Source: a candidate division FCPU426 bacterium (GTDB lineage Bacteria; Oederibacteriota; Muellerivitia; Muellerivitales; Muellerivitaceae). Taken from it: DNA of 64,000 nucleotides. The stretch is taken from positions 64,001 to 128,000 of the forward strand of contig CAVTWJ010000022.1 of assembly GCA_963738405.1 (NCBI GenBank), given 5' to 3'. Numbering within the stretch: position 1 is the first letter of the stretch; the number at the start of each line of letters is the position of its first letter. Shown one piece after another: positions 50,980 to 60,300 of this stretch. The notes under the pieces are model-generated. The model was not told the DNA's origin. It did not search any database and saw only the letters and a program-made list of their open reading frames with translations. The position numbers and the translations under genes are program-made.

Positions 50980-52626
50980 TCAGGCCTCTTTCTCAGAATA
51001 ATCCCCAGGTTCATTTCCATCCCAAACCCAATTCACCAATTCCTCGATTTCTTCGGAGCTCATTTCATTTTCAATGGCCACGCTGACCACCTTTTCGACG
51101 ATTTCTTGGGTTTCGGATAGGTTTTTCGTGACCTTCTCCAGGCGAATCAGGGGAATCGCGTGCCATTCACTAAATCGGAAACCACCCAAGTCAGTTATCC
51201 CCTCATGGCATTTATAAATACTTTGGATAATCGCCTTTTTTGCAGGTTCATTCAGAAGCGCCATGACCGGAAAGACTTTTTCCGCAAGGTCAGGGTCCCT
51301 AGCCAACCTCATCGCGTTTTCCGACACAGTTCTTTTAGGATTAATCTTCAAAGCTCTTTCTATGCACTCATAAAATTCAATCCAAGTATTAGGTCTGGTA
51401 ACCCGATCAAGCATGTTCATGAGCCTGATGGCTTTCCACTCATCCATGTCGGAATGTACGTTGGCTTGAAGCATCGGCATACCCAATTTCTTTGCCGCTT
51501 CAAACGTCAGAACACCCTCAAATACCTCGAAATCATGGTCTGGATCTACCTTCCGCTCCTCTTCCAACAGGGTACGTACTCTAATTTCTTTAACAAACCC
51601 GGTTAATTTCATGGATAAGGCTTTCCGTTCAATTTCGTCCGGGTGCCGGGGCGAATAAGTCCAAATTTTATGAATCCGGATTCGGTTAACCGGAACTTGT
51701 TTATATTCAGCTTGTTGAAATTTTTCATTTTCTATACCCGGCGCCTCGTCCTCCTGGCCTTCCGAACCATATTCCTCCGGGTCATGGCCTTCCTGAACCC
51801 AGCTAACTAAGGCCTTTACCCCTGCCTCGGTCAACTCCTGGCCGATAGCCACCTCCAAGGTCCGCTTCACCTTATCTTGGGTCTCAGGAGTTATGGCCGG
51901 ATAGGGCCATAGCTTTTGGGTTTCGGCTCCAACGGCCTTTACCCCAGGTTTGAGACCCGACCCGGGCCCCAGATCAGTTAGTTGAGAGGCCGCCCTCTCC
52001 GAAATACCCCAAATTCCCTTATTTGAATTGTTAGCGTTGCTAACAATTAAGGCCCTTGCCCCCGAGTTTAAGAGAGGTAGAAGCTTGATAGCCCTGTTCA
52101 CCTTCGTAATATCCATCTTCAATTCGACGGCGACCTGCCTTTGGGTCAGGTTCGGGTCGGCCTGGATCAACTGTTCAATACTCTGGTAAGCCGCCCACCA
52201 GCCCCTGTCCCGGACATCATTGTCCAAATGGGTGATCTTGACCGCCTCTTTTACCGTTGGGTTCAGGATGAACCCAGGTACGGCTTCCCTCTTTAGCCGC
52301 CCAAAGGCCCGGTACCGGTTCTCCCCGGCCAAAATCTCCCAATTAAAATCACCCACCGCCCAGGGTTGGCCGTCCCCCCTTAGGCGGGGGTTATCCGGGT
52401 GAAGCTGGACCCCACCCGCAAGGGGGTTCGCCCTATCAGCCCGAACCTTAATTGGGTTCAAAAGCCCGCTCTGGGAGATATTGTCGGCTAGGTCTTGGAT
52501 TTCATCATCGGTGATGGCCGGACCGGGGTTGTGGGGGTTGGGCCGGATGTTCTTGAGGGGTATCTGCTGGGTGCCGGAGAACATTTCCGGCAGGAGAGCC
52601 AAAACTTCCTTGAGTTCGACGGGCAT
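50980..52626 (-). CDS. Protein with two tandem ParB/Srx-like modules
   Basis: GGAGG RBS; IPLKNIRPNPHNP..EIQDLADNI...GLLNPIKV..EILAGENRYRA plus HTH-like LTQRQVAVEL; the whole unit is repeated in diverged form. Confidence 0.82.
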   Translation of the reverse strand: MPVELKEVLALLPEMFSGTQQIPLKNIRPNPHNPGPAITDDEIQDLADNISQSGLLNPIKVRADRANPLAGGVQLHPDNPRLRGDGQPWAVGDFNWEILAGENRYRAFGRLKREAVPGFILNPTVKEAVKITHLDNDVRDRGWWAAYQSIEQLIQADPNLTQRQVAVELKMDITKVNRAIKLLPLLNSGARALIVSNANNSNKGIWGISERAASQLTDLGPGSGLKPGVKAVGAETQKLWPYPAITPETQDKVKRTLEVAIGQELTEAGVKALVSWVQEGHDPEEYGSEGQEDEAPGIENEKFQQAEYKQVPVNRIRIHKIWTYSPRHPDEIERKALSMKLTGFVKEIRVRTLLEEERKVDPDHDFEVFEGVLTFEAAKKLGMPMLQANVHSDMDEWKAIRLMNMLDRVTRPNTWIEFYECIERALKINPKRTVSENAMRLARDPDLAEKVFPVMALLNEPAKKAIIQSIYKCHEGITDLGGFRFSEWHAIPLIRLEKVTKNLSETQEIVEKVVSVAIENEMSSEEIEELVNWVWDGNEPGDYSEKEA

Positions 52627-52845
52627 AGCGACCTCCATTAGAAACAGCAAAATAGATTCAAAAACGCGCTCAATTTGGCGCCAATGATAATTTATTTAAA
52701 AATGATATTTTGACAATGGGCCTGGCGGGTGGATTTTAAAATTTTACAGGCGAGAAATAAAAAGAGGGGTAAAAGAGGACAACATTCGTGCAATTTTTTA
52801 TTCCGAAGGGTATGGAACCATCAAAAAATTAAATAGTCAGTTCCT

Positions 52846-53232
52846 TCAAGCCGCAGCCGTAACGGCTTCCAGAATTTCCGCGATTTTCCTTTTCAAGGAA
52901 TCCATGCGGACGGGTTTGGCGAAAAAGCCGCTGATCTGGAAGGTTTGAAGGATATAGTCCTTTTCGATCCCCTTGTAGGCCGAAGCCACTAGGATAGGAA
53001 GTCTCGGATGGTCCTTGCGCACCAGGGGGATCATTTCAATGGCGTGCATATCGGGCATTTTCACATCAGTGAGGAGAAGGTCCACATGAACGTCTTCGAG
53101 TATGCCCAGCGCCTGCATTCCGTTCTCCGCCGTCAGGACGCGGTAACCGGCTTCTTCCAATTCTTCGATATAGAGAAATCGGGAGGCCGGTTCATCTTCC
53201 GCTACCAAGATTGTAAATTTTTTTGTTTCCAT
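52846..53232 (-). CDS. Single-domain response regulator
   Basis: ILVAEDE, LLLTDVKMP, SAY, KP. Confidence 0.95.
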   Translation of the reverse strand: METKKFTILVAEDEPASRFLYIEELEEAGYRVLTAENGMQALGILEDVHVDLLLTDVKMPDMHAIEMIPLVRKDHPRLPILVASAYKGIEKDYILQTFQISGFFAKPVRMDSLKRKIAEILEAVTAAA

Positions 53233-53243
53233 GTCCTGCCCCT

Positions 53244-55034
53244 TTAACTGTTGCCTTCCACCGGAAGGTAAATCCTAAAAGTGCTGCCCTTGCCCAACTG
53301 GCTTTCCACATCCAGCGTCCCTCCGTGGGACGCGATGATTTTGTGGCAAACGCTCAAGCCAAGGCCTGTCCCCGTGATTTTGGTGGTGAAGAAGGGATGG
53401 AACAATTTCCCAAGGTTTTCCTTCGGGATACCGCATCCGCTATCTTCCACCGCGATGGAAACCATTTGTTCCTGAAGAAACAACCGCTCGTAGATAACCC
53501 CTTCGCTGATCGAATCCGAGCCCTGGGGCACCAGCCCATTCATGAGGTGGGTCCTCAAGGTGAGCCTTCCGCCATTGGGCATGGCCTGGATGGCGTTCAA
53601 AAAGAGGTTCAATAGCACCTGGCGGATCTTGACGATATCGAGCGGAACCGAGGGCAAATCCTTGAAAAAATCCCTTTCCACCGTTATTCCCGCTTTCTCA
53701 AATTTTTGCTGAAGGAACGTCACGGCTTCCTCCAGGAGAGGGTGCACATCCACGGGCGCCTTATGGGCCTTGTCCGGGCGGCTGTATTCCAGCACCTCAT
53801 TGACGATGGTATCCATGCGCTGGACTTCCTCCGTGATCACATCGGCGTATTTTTTGAGCTTGGGTTCCACCAGTTTGGCCGAGAGCCTTTCGGAGAAACC
53901 CATGATGGCGTTGAGAGGGTTCTTGATCTCATGGGCCACCCCCGCCGCCATTTCCCCCAGAGCCGAGAAGCGCTCGGAGCGGGCCAATTGAGTTTCCATC
54001 TGGCTTAGAAGGGTCACATCCTTAATGGTGGCGATAGCCCCAATCACATCTCCGTTCCCGGCCCTCAGCACCGAAGTTTCCAGGGTTATCGGCACGATTT
54101 CCTTGTTAACCGTCTTCAATTCCATATGCTCTTGGATAAAACTTTTTCCTTCCGAAAGGGTGCGTTCAATCGCCTGGGCGACGCTTTTGAGGCTTTCCGG
54201 AAATTCCTCCAGTTTTTTATCGGCCATTTCGGCTTCCACCAAACCAGTGATCTTTCGGCATCCGGCGTTGAAGGTGCGCACCTTTCCATCATTTCGAACC
54301 ACAATGATTCCTGTATGGAGGGATGACAGGATGCAATGGTGGTACTCGAGGAGCGATTTCAGATTGCGGTTCATTTCCGTCAGTTTCTGAGTGGACACAT
54401 CAGCCTGACCGGCCAGGAACTGATTCACATTCACGAGATGGGCCTTTTCTTCCACGTTTTTTTTGGTTTCCATGGCCATAAAACCGCTCATGGCCGCGGC
54501 CACCAACAGGAAGGGGAACCGGACCAGGAAGCCCGTATCGGAGGAGATGAAGGTTCCCGTGGTTTGGTACTGCAAAAAGGCGTAAAGGACGCAGGCCACC
54601 ACCGCCACCGAGAAGACGCTTTTGACATCTTGGGAAAGTGCGGAAATGAAGATTGTGATGAAAAAAATGAGGAGAAGGTTTGTCTCGCCAGCACCGGAAA
54701 TATACAAACCCGCGGTGATAAAAAGAGTATCCGCGACAAAAAGGATAGAAAGGACCGACTTATTCTCGAACCATTTGGATTTAATGAAAAACATTCCAAG
54801 GATGGAGAACGAAAAGAAGGCCAGAAAAACCTCCACACCCGGCTGCAGAAGGGAAGGGTTTTTCTTTTGATTAAAATAAAGAAGAACAAGAATCACAAAA
54901 AACGCCAACAACCGGAACAAAACCAGAATATCCTTCACGCTTAACGGGCGCTTGGTACGGGGAGCAGGAGACGATTCCATTTCTGAAGGAAGAACCGGTC
55001 CGATAGGTCTTGGTAAGGCAACGCTGTTGATCAT
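53244..55034 (-). CDS. Membrane PAS-domain sensor histidine kinase (PilS/NtrB-like)
   Basis: About 6 TM segments, PAS, AHEIKNPL, NLFLNAIQAM, DSGCG, FHPFFTTK, GTGLGL. Confidence 0.95.
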   Translation of the reverse strand: MINSVALPRPIGPVLPSEMESSPAPRTKRPLSVKDILVLFRLLAFFVILVLLYFNQKKNPSLLQPGVEVFLAFFSFSILGMFFIKSKWFENKSVLSILFVADTLFITAGLYISGAGETNLLLIFFITIFISALSQDVKSVFSVAVVACVLYAFLQYQTTGTFISSDTGFLVRFPFLLVAAAMSGFMAMETKKNVEEKAHLVNVNQFLAGQADVSTQKLTEMNRNLKSLLEYHHCILSSLHTGIIVVRNDGKVRTFNAGCRKITGLVEAEMADKKLEEFPESLKSVAQAIERTLSEGKSFIQEHMELKTVNKEIVPITLETSVLRAGNGDVIGAIATIKDVTLLSQMETQLARSERFSALGEMAAGVAHEIKNPLNAIMGFSERLSAKLVEPKLKKYADVITEEVQRMDTIVNEVLEYSRPDKAHKAPVDVHPLLEEAVTFLQQKFEKAGITVERDFFKDLPSVPLDIVKIRQVLLNLFLNAIQAMPNGGRLTLRTHLMNGLVPQGSDSISEGVIYERLFLQEQMVSIAVEDSGCGIPKENLGKLFHPFFTTKITGTGLGLSVCHKIIASHGGTLDVESQLGKGSTFRIYLPVEGNS

Positions 55035-55046
55035 GTCACTAGTTAA

Positions 55047-55062
55047 AGCAACACCCGTGCCA
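55047..55062 (-). promoter_or_regulatory. Sigma-54 (-24/-12) promoter
   Basis: Minus strand TGGCACGGGTGTTGCT is an exact match to TGGCACG-N4-TTGCW. Confidence 0.75.
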
Positions 55063-55202
55063 TAAGTAGCACGATCAAAAGTAGAACATTTTTATAGATT
55101 TTGACTTTGATTAGAATTTCAAATGAGTGCTTTTGACTCAATGGGTTTTTTTTACCCATTCTTTCGGGGAGAAAAGCATTTGTCTCGTAAAATTCGAATA
55201 GA

Positions 55203-56588
55203 TCAAATTTTAAGGATTTTTTCTTTAAGCTCTGACACCGTCATCTCCTGATCCTGACGGGTGGAAAGCTGGCGGACCTTGAACTTCTCGGAGCCGGACG
55301 TAAAGGCCGTAACGGCGTATTCAAACCCGTTTTTCTGGGCGCCTTCCAACTGTTGGCCGATCTTCTTTTCCTCTAAGGCTGTTTCAACTTGGATTCCCGC
55401 AGAGCGTAAGTTCTCGGCCAAGGCCAGGATGTCTTTTTCAGGTTGGCTGTTATTGACGATAAACACTGTATTTCGCGTATCGAGAGTTGCAGATTTATCT
55501 TTCTCCATCAGAATTGTCAAAATGCGTTCAAAACCCAGGGAAAGACCCACCGCCGGGGTGTCCTTGGGCCCTCCCAATTTCTCAATCAGGCCGTCATAGC
55601 GCCCCCCGCCCCCAATGGAGAATGTGTATTCCTTGTCCTCAACGTTGATCTCAAAGACCGGGCCCGTGTAATAGTCAAAACCACGAACCAAAAGCGGATC
55701 AAAGACCACATTGGCGTCGGGATTTACTTCCTTCACCCGCACTTGGATGGATTTGATCTTGTCTCCCAACTCATTGATTTTGTTTTCTTTAAAGTCCTTC
55801 AGGTCCAAGAAACCGCTTTTGGCGCTGTTGAGGAAGAGGAATATCTTTTCGGCGTTATCGGCATCCAAACCTAAGCCGTTGATTTCTTTCTTAACGCCCT
55901 CGAAATCCAGTTTGTCCATCTTGTCGATGCATATAGCGACTGAACCGATTTTTTCGACGGGTGTACCAATTCGGCGAAGAATGAGGGTGAGGAGACCTTT
56001 GTCGCTGATTCGGATTTTGAATTTACCGACATTCAGCGCCTTCAAGACCCGGTCGGTGGCTAAAAGAAGTTCAACTTCATAAGTATCCGTTGCCCCACCT
56101 ACGATATCGATATCGCATTGGTAGAATTCACGAAATCTACCCTTTTGTGGCCGGTCGGCACGCCATACGGGGCCGATGTGGTAGCAACGAAAGGGTTTGG
56201 GAAGATCATTTGAATGATTGGCGTAATAGCGGGCCAGGGGGACCGTCATATCGAAGCGAAGGGCCATGTCAGTAATATTGCTCTTTAACTGTGCGATCGC
56301 TTGTTCAACGGAATCGTTTGTTGTGTGACCATGCGCTATTTGATTTCTTAACGCGGTAGATAGTTCATCTCCGCGTTTTTCAATCTTAAACATCAACTTC
56401 TCGTTCTCGCCTCCGCCCTTGCCTTGCAAAACCTCGATGTTTTCCATGACAGGGGTATCAATAGGCTGGAAACCATAAAGTTGGTAGTGGGATTCGATGA
56501 GGCGGATGAGCTTTTGACGAAGAAGGGCTTCCTTGGGAAGCCAATCCCTCATGCCCTTGGGCGGGCCGAATTTGGTGTTATCACTCAC
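55203..56588 (-). CDS. hisS: Histidine--tRNA ligase
   Basis: PKGMRD, ALRFDMTVPLARY, WRADRPQKGRFREFYQCD, LVRGFDYYTG, GGGGRYD, GFERI; GTG start at 56588 with GGAG RBS. Confidence 0.98.
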   Translation of the reverse strand: MSDNTKFGPPKGMRDWLPKEALLRQKLIRLIESHYQLYGFQPIDTPVMENIEVLQGKGGGENEKLMFKIEKRGDELSTALRNQIAHGHTTNDSVEQAIAQLKSNITDMALRFDMTVPLARYYANHSNDLPKPFRCYHIGPVWRADRPQKGRFREFYQCDIDIVGGATDTYEVELLLATDRVLKALNVGKFKIRISDKGLLTLILRRIGTPVEKIGSVAICIDKMDKLDFEGVKKEINGLGLDADNAEKIFLFLNSAKSGFLDLKDFKENKINELGDKIKSIQVRVKEVNPDANVVFDPLLVRGFDYYTGPVFEINVEDKEYTFSIGGGGRYDGLIEKLGGPKDTPAVGLSLGFERILTILMEKDKSATLDTRNTVFIVNNSQPEKDILALAENLRSAGIQVETALEEKKIGQQLEGAQKNGFEYAVTAFTSGSEKFKVRQLSTRQDQEMTVSELKEKILKI

Positions 56589-56605
56589 AAAAACTCCATT
56601 TGTTC

Positions 56606-56745
56606 TGTCATTGCGAGGAATGTCCCCTAATAGGGGACGTTCATGACGAGGCAATCTCAGTTTAAATAAAGCTTCCAGCAGTAACCAGCAAAACAAGCCA
56701 TGGACTGGGATTGCTACGCCGCAAAGATCGCGGCTCGCAATGACA
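56606..56745. mobile_element. RPE-like palindromic element, family B (second copy)
   Basis: Perfect 12-bp TIR TGTCATTGCGAG/CTCGCAATGACA; hairpin gtcccc-taata-ggggac; GCAATCTCAGT / ACTGGGATTGC. Confidence 0.8.
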
Positions 56746-56756
56746 CCTTTAGGCCT

Positions 56757-59072
56757 TTACTGAACCTGCTGGTACTTCCCGCCCTTGATTTGCAGTATGG
56801 GCACCTGCTTATCCGCCTCACCCTTGTCGTTGAAGCTGGTTTGGCCGCTGGCCCCGTCGAACCCATTAATCTGGCTCAATTGGCTCCGTAGGCTGTCCCG
56901 GTCATTCGCCAAATTCATGGCCTGGAGCAGCAGCTTGGCCGCGTCATAGGATTGGGCCGCCAAGAGGTCGGGCTTGAGGGCATAGGCCTTTTGGTAGTCG
57001 TCGGTAAATTTCCGGGCCATGGAATCCTGGCTGTCGGCATAAAAGCCCGTAACAAAATAAGCCCCTTCCACATCCTTAGCCGCTTCTTGCAATACCGTGG
57101 GGTTTGCCCAGAGATGGCCGCCCAGAAGAATGGGATTCAAGTCATAAAAATGAATCTGGGCCGCCAGAAGTGGAACTTCCGCCGCATGGGCCGGAAGATA
57201 GAGGGCCTGGTATTGAACTGTTCCCTGGCCCGCGTTGGGTTTGTAAATGCCGTAAAGCATGCGGCTTTGGTAAATCTTGATGTAGTCGGTCTTGTCGTCC
57301 GGCAAAAGATAAGCTTCCAGGTTGATGGAATAGTTCCAGGTATTGTCCGCCGGGTCATTATCCGCAGGTGGGTCGGTTTCAACGATCCGGCCCGTCACCA
57401 ACACTTGGGCCTTGAGGTCCTGGCCAATGGGGCCCCAAATCGACGCGCTTCCCGCCCTGGTATTGCCCTTAAAATCCGGCGGCAGGCTGGTTAAGGCCTG
57501 TTGAACTAGGTCATCCGTCCTCAATTGAAAATCGGTTTGTTGCGTGAAGGCAGCCCTGAGGCCGGCGTTAATGGTGGCGGCGATCGAGGGGCAGGTGGTA
57601 TTGGTAAGACCTTCCACTAAGGGAATCAGGCCGACAGGAGTGGGAAGGGTAGAGGGTCCCGAAGCGGGTTGGACGGAAGGGGAAAGGTCCCGAACTTTGA
57701 GAAGAATTTTCCCGATTTCCTTACTGAGGTTGTAATTCATCTGATCCATCCGGCGGTTGTTTTCCCGGTCGTTTTCTTTGGAGGCGTCCGGGTCCTGCCC
57801 GCCTAAGGCTAATATCTGTTTTTTGAAATCGGTGGAACCGGCGGGGTAGGTGGCTGAGGCCGAAACGGTGGCCCCCAAAGCCTCAACCGTTTGGGTGAAG
57901 GCTTGGGCGAGGGTTTGGCCGTAGGTATCCTCGGGCGATAAAACCCCGAAGCTTTTGATCCCCAGTTTTTGCACCGCGTAACGGGCGATAGCCCTTCCCT
58001 GCATCTCATTGGTCATGGAGTTGGAAAACACATAACTTCCCAATGAAGACAATCCGTCACGAGTATTGGTAGGCGATATCAAAACAACCTTTTGCGCGTT
58101 GGCCAAGGCCGCGACCCCTTCAATCTCCTGGGGTAACACCGGGCCGATAACCGCATCCAGGTTGTTATCCTTTGAGAGGTCCTGAAAAACCTTTACCGCC
58201 TGAATCGGGTCCCCCGCCGTGTCTTTCACTTCCAAGTGGGTATGCCGCTGTGCCCCGCCACCTTGGTTGGCGTCTTGAACCGCAAGGGTGATGCCGTTCA
58301 CCACCGAATCCCCAAACTCTTTCCGGTCCCCCGTGCGGGGCGCCAAAACTCCGATGTTCCAGGTCTTGCCCTGTTGTTGGTTTTTCAAAGCCTGGATTAA
58401 AAGCTGGGCGGCGGAAACGGATGGGTGCTGTGGGCACTGCTGGATGAACTGGCCCAAATGATCCTGGGCTTTTTCGCTATCGCCCCCCTGGGCTTCCTTG
58501 CTCCCCAATTGGAAAAGAGCCGTGCATTTTTCCGGGGAATCGGGGTAATTGGCGACAAAACTTTCCAGGTCTTCCAGTGAAAGACAATAGGTCAAAATAA
58601 ATTCCATCATTTGTTTTGAATCAGCGGCATAGGTAGTTTGAGGATATTTAAGGACTTCCTGAAAAGCGGAGAGGGCCGGCAAATAGGCCTTTTGGGCGTA
58701 GTAGACCTGGCCCAGCATGTATTGGGCCTTGTCAGTTTGGGGAAGCCCCCCCTGGACGGACAGAACCTGCTTGTAGGTTTTGAGGCTGGAATCCAGGTCG
58801 TTTTGGTTGAACTGATATTGGGCGATGGTTAGAAAATCCCCCACATTCTGTGAGTTAGGCGCGGCGGGCCCGACACGGATCTGAGCCGAAAGGTATTCCG
58901 CCTGGGCGACGGCGGGATGGATATCCCCCAAAGCGGGGACGGCGGGAATAGCGGTTGAGGGAACAGGCGTAGCGGCCGGAAGGCCTTGCAAGGATGGAAT
59001 GGTTTTAACTTGTTCGGTGGCACAGCCGCTAAGGACGAGAAACCCCGCCAGCAAAAAGAAAATCTTGTTCAT
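56757..59072 (-). CDS. LpoA-like lipoprotein: TPR (BamD-like) + periplasmic-binding-protein fold with inserted domain
   Basis: Lipobox LSGC; TPRs; IGVLAP.TG...G, DT.GDP, AVIGP, AAQSYDA, FDGASG..SF...G. Confidence 0.8.
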   Translation of the reverse strand: MNKIFFLLAGFLVLSGCATEQVKTIPSLQGLPAATPVPSTAIPAVPALGDIHPAVAQAEYLSAQIRVGPAAPNSQNVGDFLTIAQYQFNQNDLDSSLKTYKQVLSVQGGLPQTDKAQYMLGQVYYAQKAYLPALSAFQEVLKYPQTTYAADSKQMMEFILTYCLSLEDLESFVANYPDSPEKCTALFQLGSKEAQGGDSEKAQDHLGQFIQQCPQHPSVSAAQLLIQALKNQQQGKTWNIGVLAPRTGDRKEFGDSVVNGITLAVQDANQGGGAQRHTHLEVKDTAGDPIQAVKVFQDLSKDNNLDAVIGPVLPQEIEGVAALANAQKVVLISPTNTRDGLSSLGSYVFSNSMTNEMQGRAIARYAVQKLGIKSFGVLSPEDTYGQTLAQAFTQTVEALGATVSASATYPAGSTDFKKQILALGGQDPDASKENDRENNRRMDQMNYNLSKEIGKILLKVRDLSPSVQPASGPSTLPTPVGLIPLVEGLTNTTCPSIAATINAGLRAAFTQQTDFQLRTDDLVQQALTSLPPDFKGNTRAGSASIWGPIGQDLKAQVLVTGRIVETDPPADNDPADNTWNYSINLEAYLLPDDKTDYIKIYQSRMLYGIYKPNAGQGTVQYQALYLPAHAAEVPLLAAQIHFYDLNPILLGGHLWANPTVLQEAAKDVEGAYFVTGFYADSQDSMARKFTDDYQKAYALKPDLLAAQSYDAAKLLLQAMNLANDRDSLRSQLSQINGFDGASGQTSFNDKGEADKQVPILQIKGGKYQQVQ

Positions 59073-60191
59073 TTAAATTCCCTTCTGAAGAATTTCGAGC
59101 ATTTCGACGTCCAATGGGCCCGTTTGCCCATCCGCGGACTTGGGACAAACCCCAAAATCCAGCCATTTGTAATTCCAGTAGGACCAGCCTATGCCCAATT
59201 CCTTGAAAATTCCAACCACGTCTTGGGTCCATTGGAGACGTGTAGCGCGGGGGGCCTGTTCATACACTCCGAATTCCCCGCAGTAGAGGGACGCGCCTTC
59301 CTTGACCAAGGGCAGGATGGGCTTGAACCAATCCCGAAGCGAATCTTTGTCCCAGTGGCGGTTTCCTTCTTTCATGAGGAAGGTACGTGTGCCCTGGGGG
59401 ATTTCCTTGGCGAGGTATTCTTCGGTTTTAGGAATCTTGCCCGGGTAATCCACCCTTTCGGTATAGGGTGCCCCGTCGTGCCACCAGGGCGCCGACTGAT
59501 GGGTCACAAACATGGGCGAATAAAAGTGAAAACTGTAAACCAAGCGGTCATCCTTCAGCGAATGATACAGGTCCGGAACCCGGTCAATATTGCCCCAAAA
59601 GGTGGATTCGATGACCACGACACGGTTCGGATCGGCCTTGCGGATGGCCTGAAGGGTCCTTCGGGCCGTCTTGTTCCAATCTTGGGAATCCTTCGCGGTG
59701 GGTTCATTCAAAATATCAAACCAAATTCCCGTTCCGAAACCCTTCAGGTCGCGGGCCAAATCTTCCCAAAGATCACAAAAGGAATTTAAATCCTCTTCGT
59801 TCCGCCACAAATTTTCAAGTTCGGGTTTGGCGAAGGAGTGCCAGGGAACCTGGTGAAGATCCAGAATCGTTAAAAGGCCGGCCGATCTGGCCCATCCTAG
59901 GAATTTCAACAGAAGCTCCCACCTTTCCTTGTTGCGGGGGCCTAAACCGCCGTTTTGGTACAGCCAGGGAGCGTCCAGGGGAAGACGGATGGAGTTAAAA
60001 CCCCATTTGGAGATGGTTCTGAAATCCTGTTCGGTCAAAAAATCCCTGACGTGGCCGTCGGTGAGGTTGGATTGGGAAATCCAACCGCCAAGGTTGAAAC
60101 CCACGGGGCGAAAGGATGGAAGAGGGGACATAAAGCTTATAACCTGCCGGGTTAAAGGATGAACAAGGATTGTATCGGGGGAGGAACTCAT
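59073..60191 (-). CDS. GH5 family glycoside hydrolase (no signal peptide, CelC-like)
   Basis: GFNLGGWISQ, GFNSIRLP, ILDLH, ILNEP, FHFY.P..VTHQ, YCGEFG, WSYWNY; alternative start at 60131. Confidence 0.92.
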   Translation of the reverse strand: MSSSPDTILVHPLTRQVISFMSPLPSFRPVGFNLGGWISQSNLTDGHVRDFLTEQDFRTISKWGFNSIRLPLDAPWLYQNGGLGPRNKERWELLLKFLGWARSAGLLTILDLHQVPWHSFAKPELENLWRNEEDLNSFCDLWEDLARDLKGFGTGIWFDILNEPTAKDSQDWNKTARRTLQAIRKADPNRVVVIESTFWGNIDRVPDLYHSLKDDRLVYSFHFYSPMFVTHQSAPWWHDGAPYTERVDYPGKIPKTEEYLAKEIPQGTRTFLMKEGNRHWDKDSLRDWFKPILPLVKEGASLYCGEFGVYEQAPRATRLQWTQDVVGIFKELGIGWSYWNYKWLDFGVCPKSADGQTGPLDVEMLEILQKGI

Positions 60192-60300
60192 TTGGAATTG
60201 GATTCCATTGGCAAAAAGTGAAATCGGTACAGCGGAAGAAGGAGGGTTGAAGGTGAAATCAAAACCTTGGACGATTCAAATTTTCACGCCACCCAAAACA

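Noticed and set aside
48950..52840. Prophage or integrative element around the ParB/TA/SIR2 genes
   Set aside because: No integrase, phage genes, tRNA or flanking direct repeats that I could see.
58986..59789. 267-aa + strand ORF (similarly 45293-46114 on + and 38656-39423 on -)
   Set aside because: Antisense to strongly supported genes, with no independent motifs.
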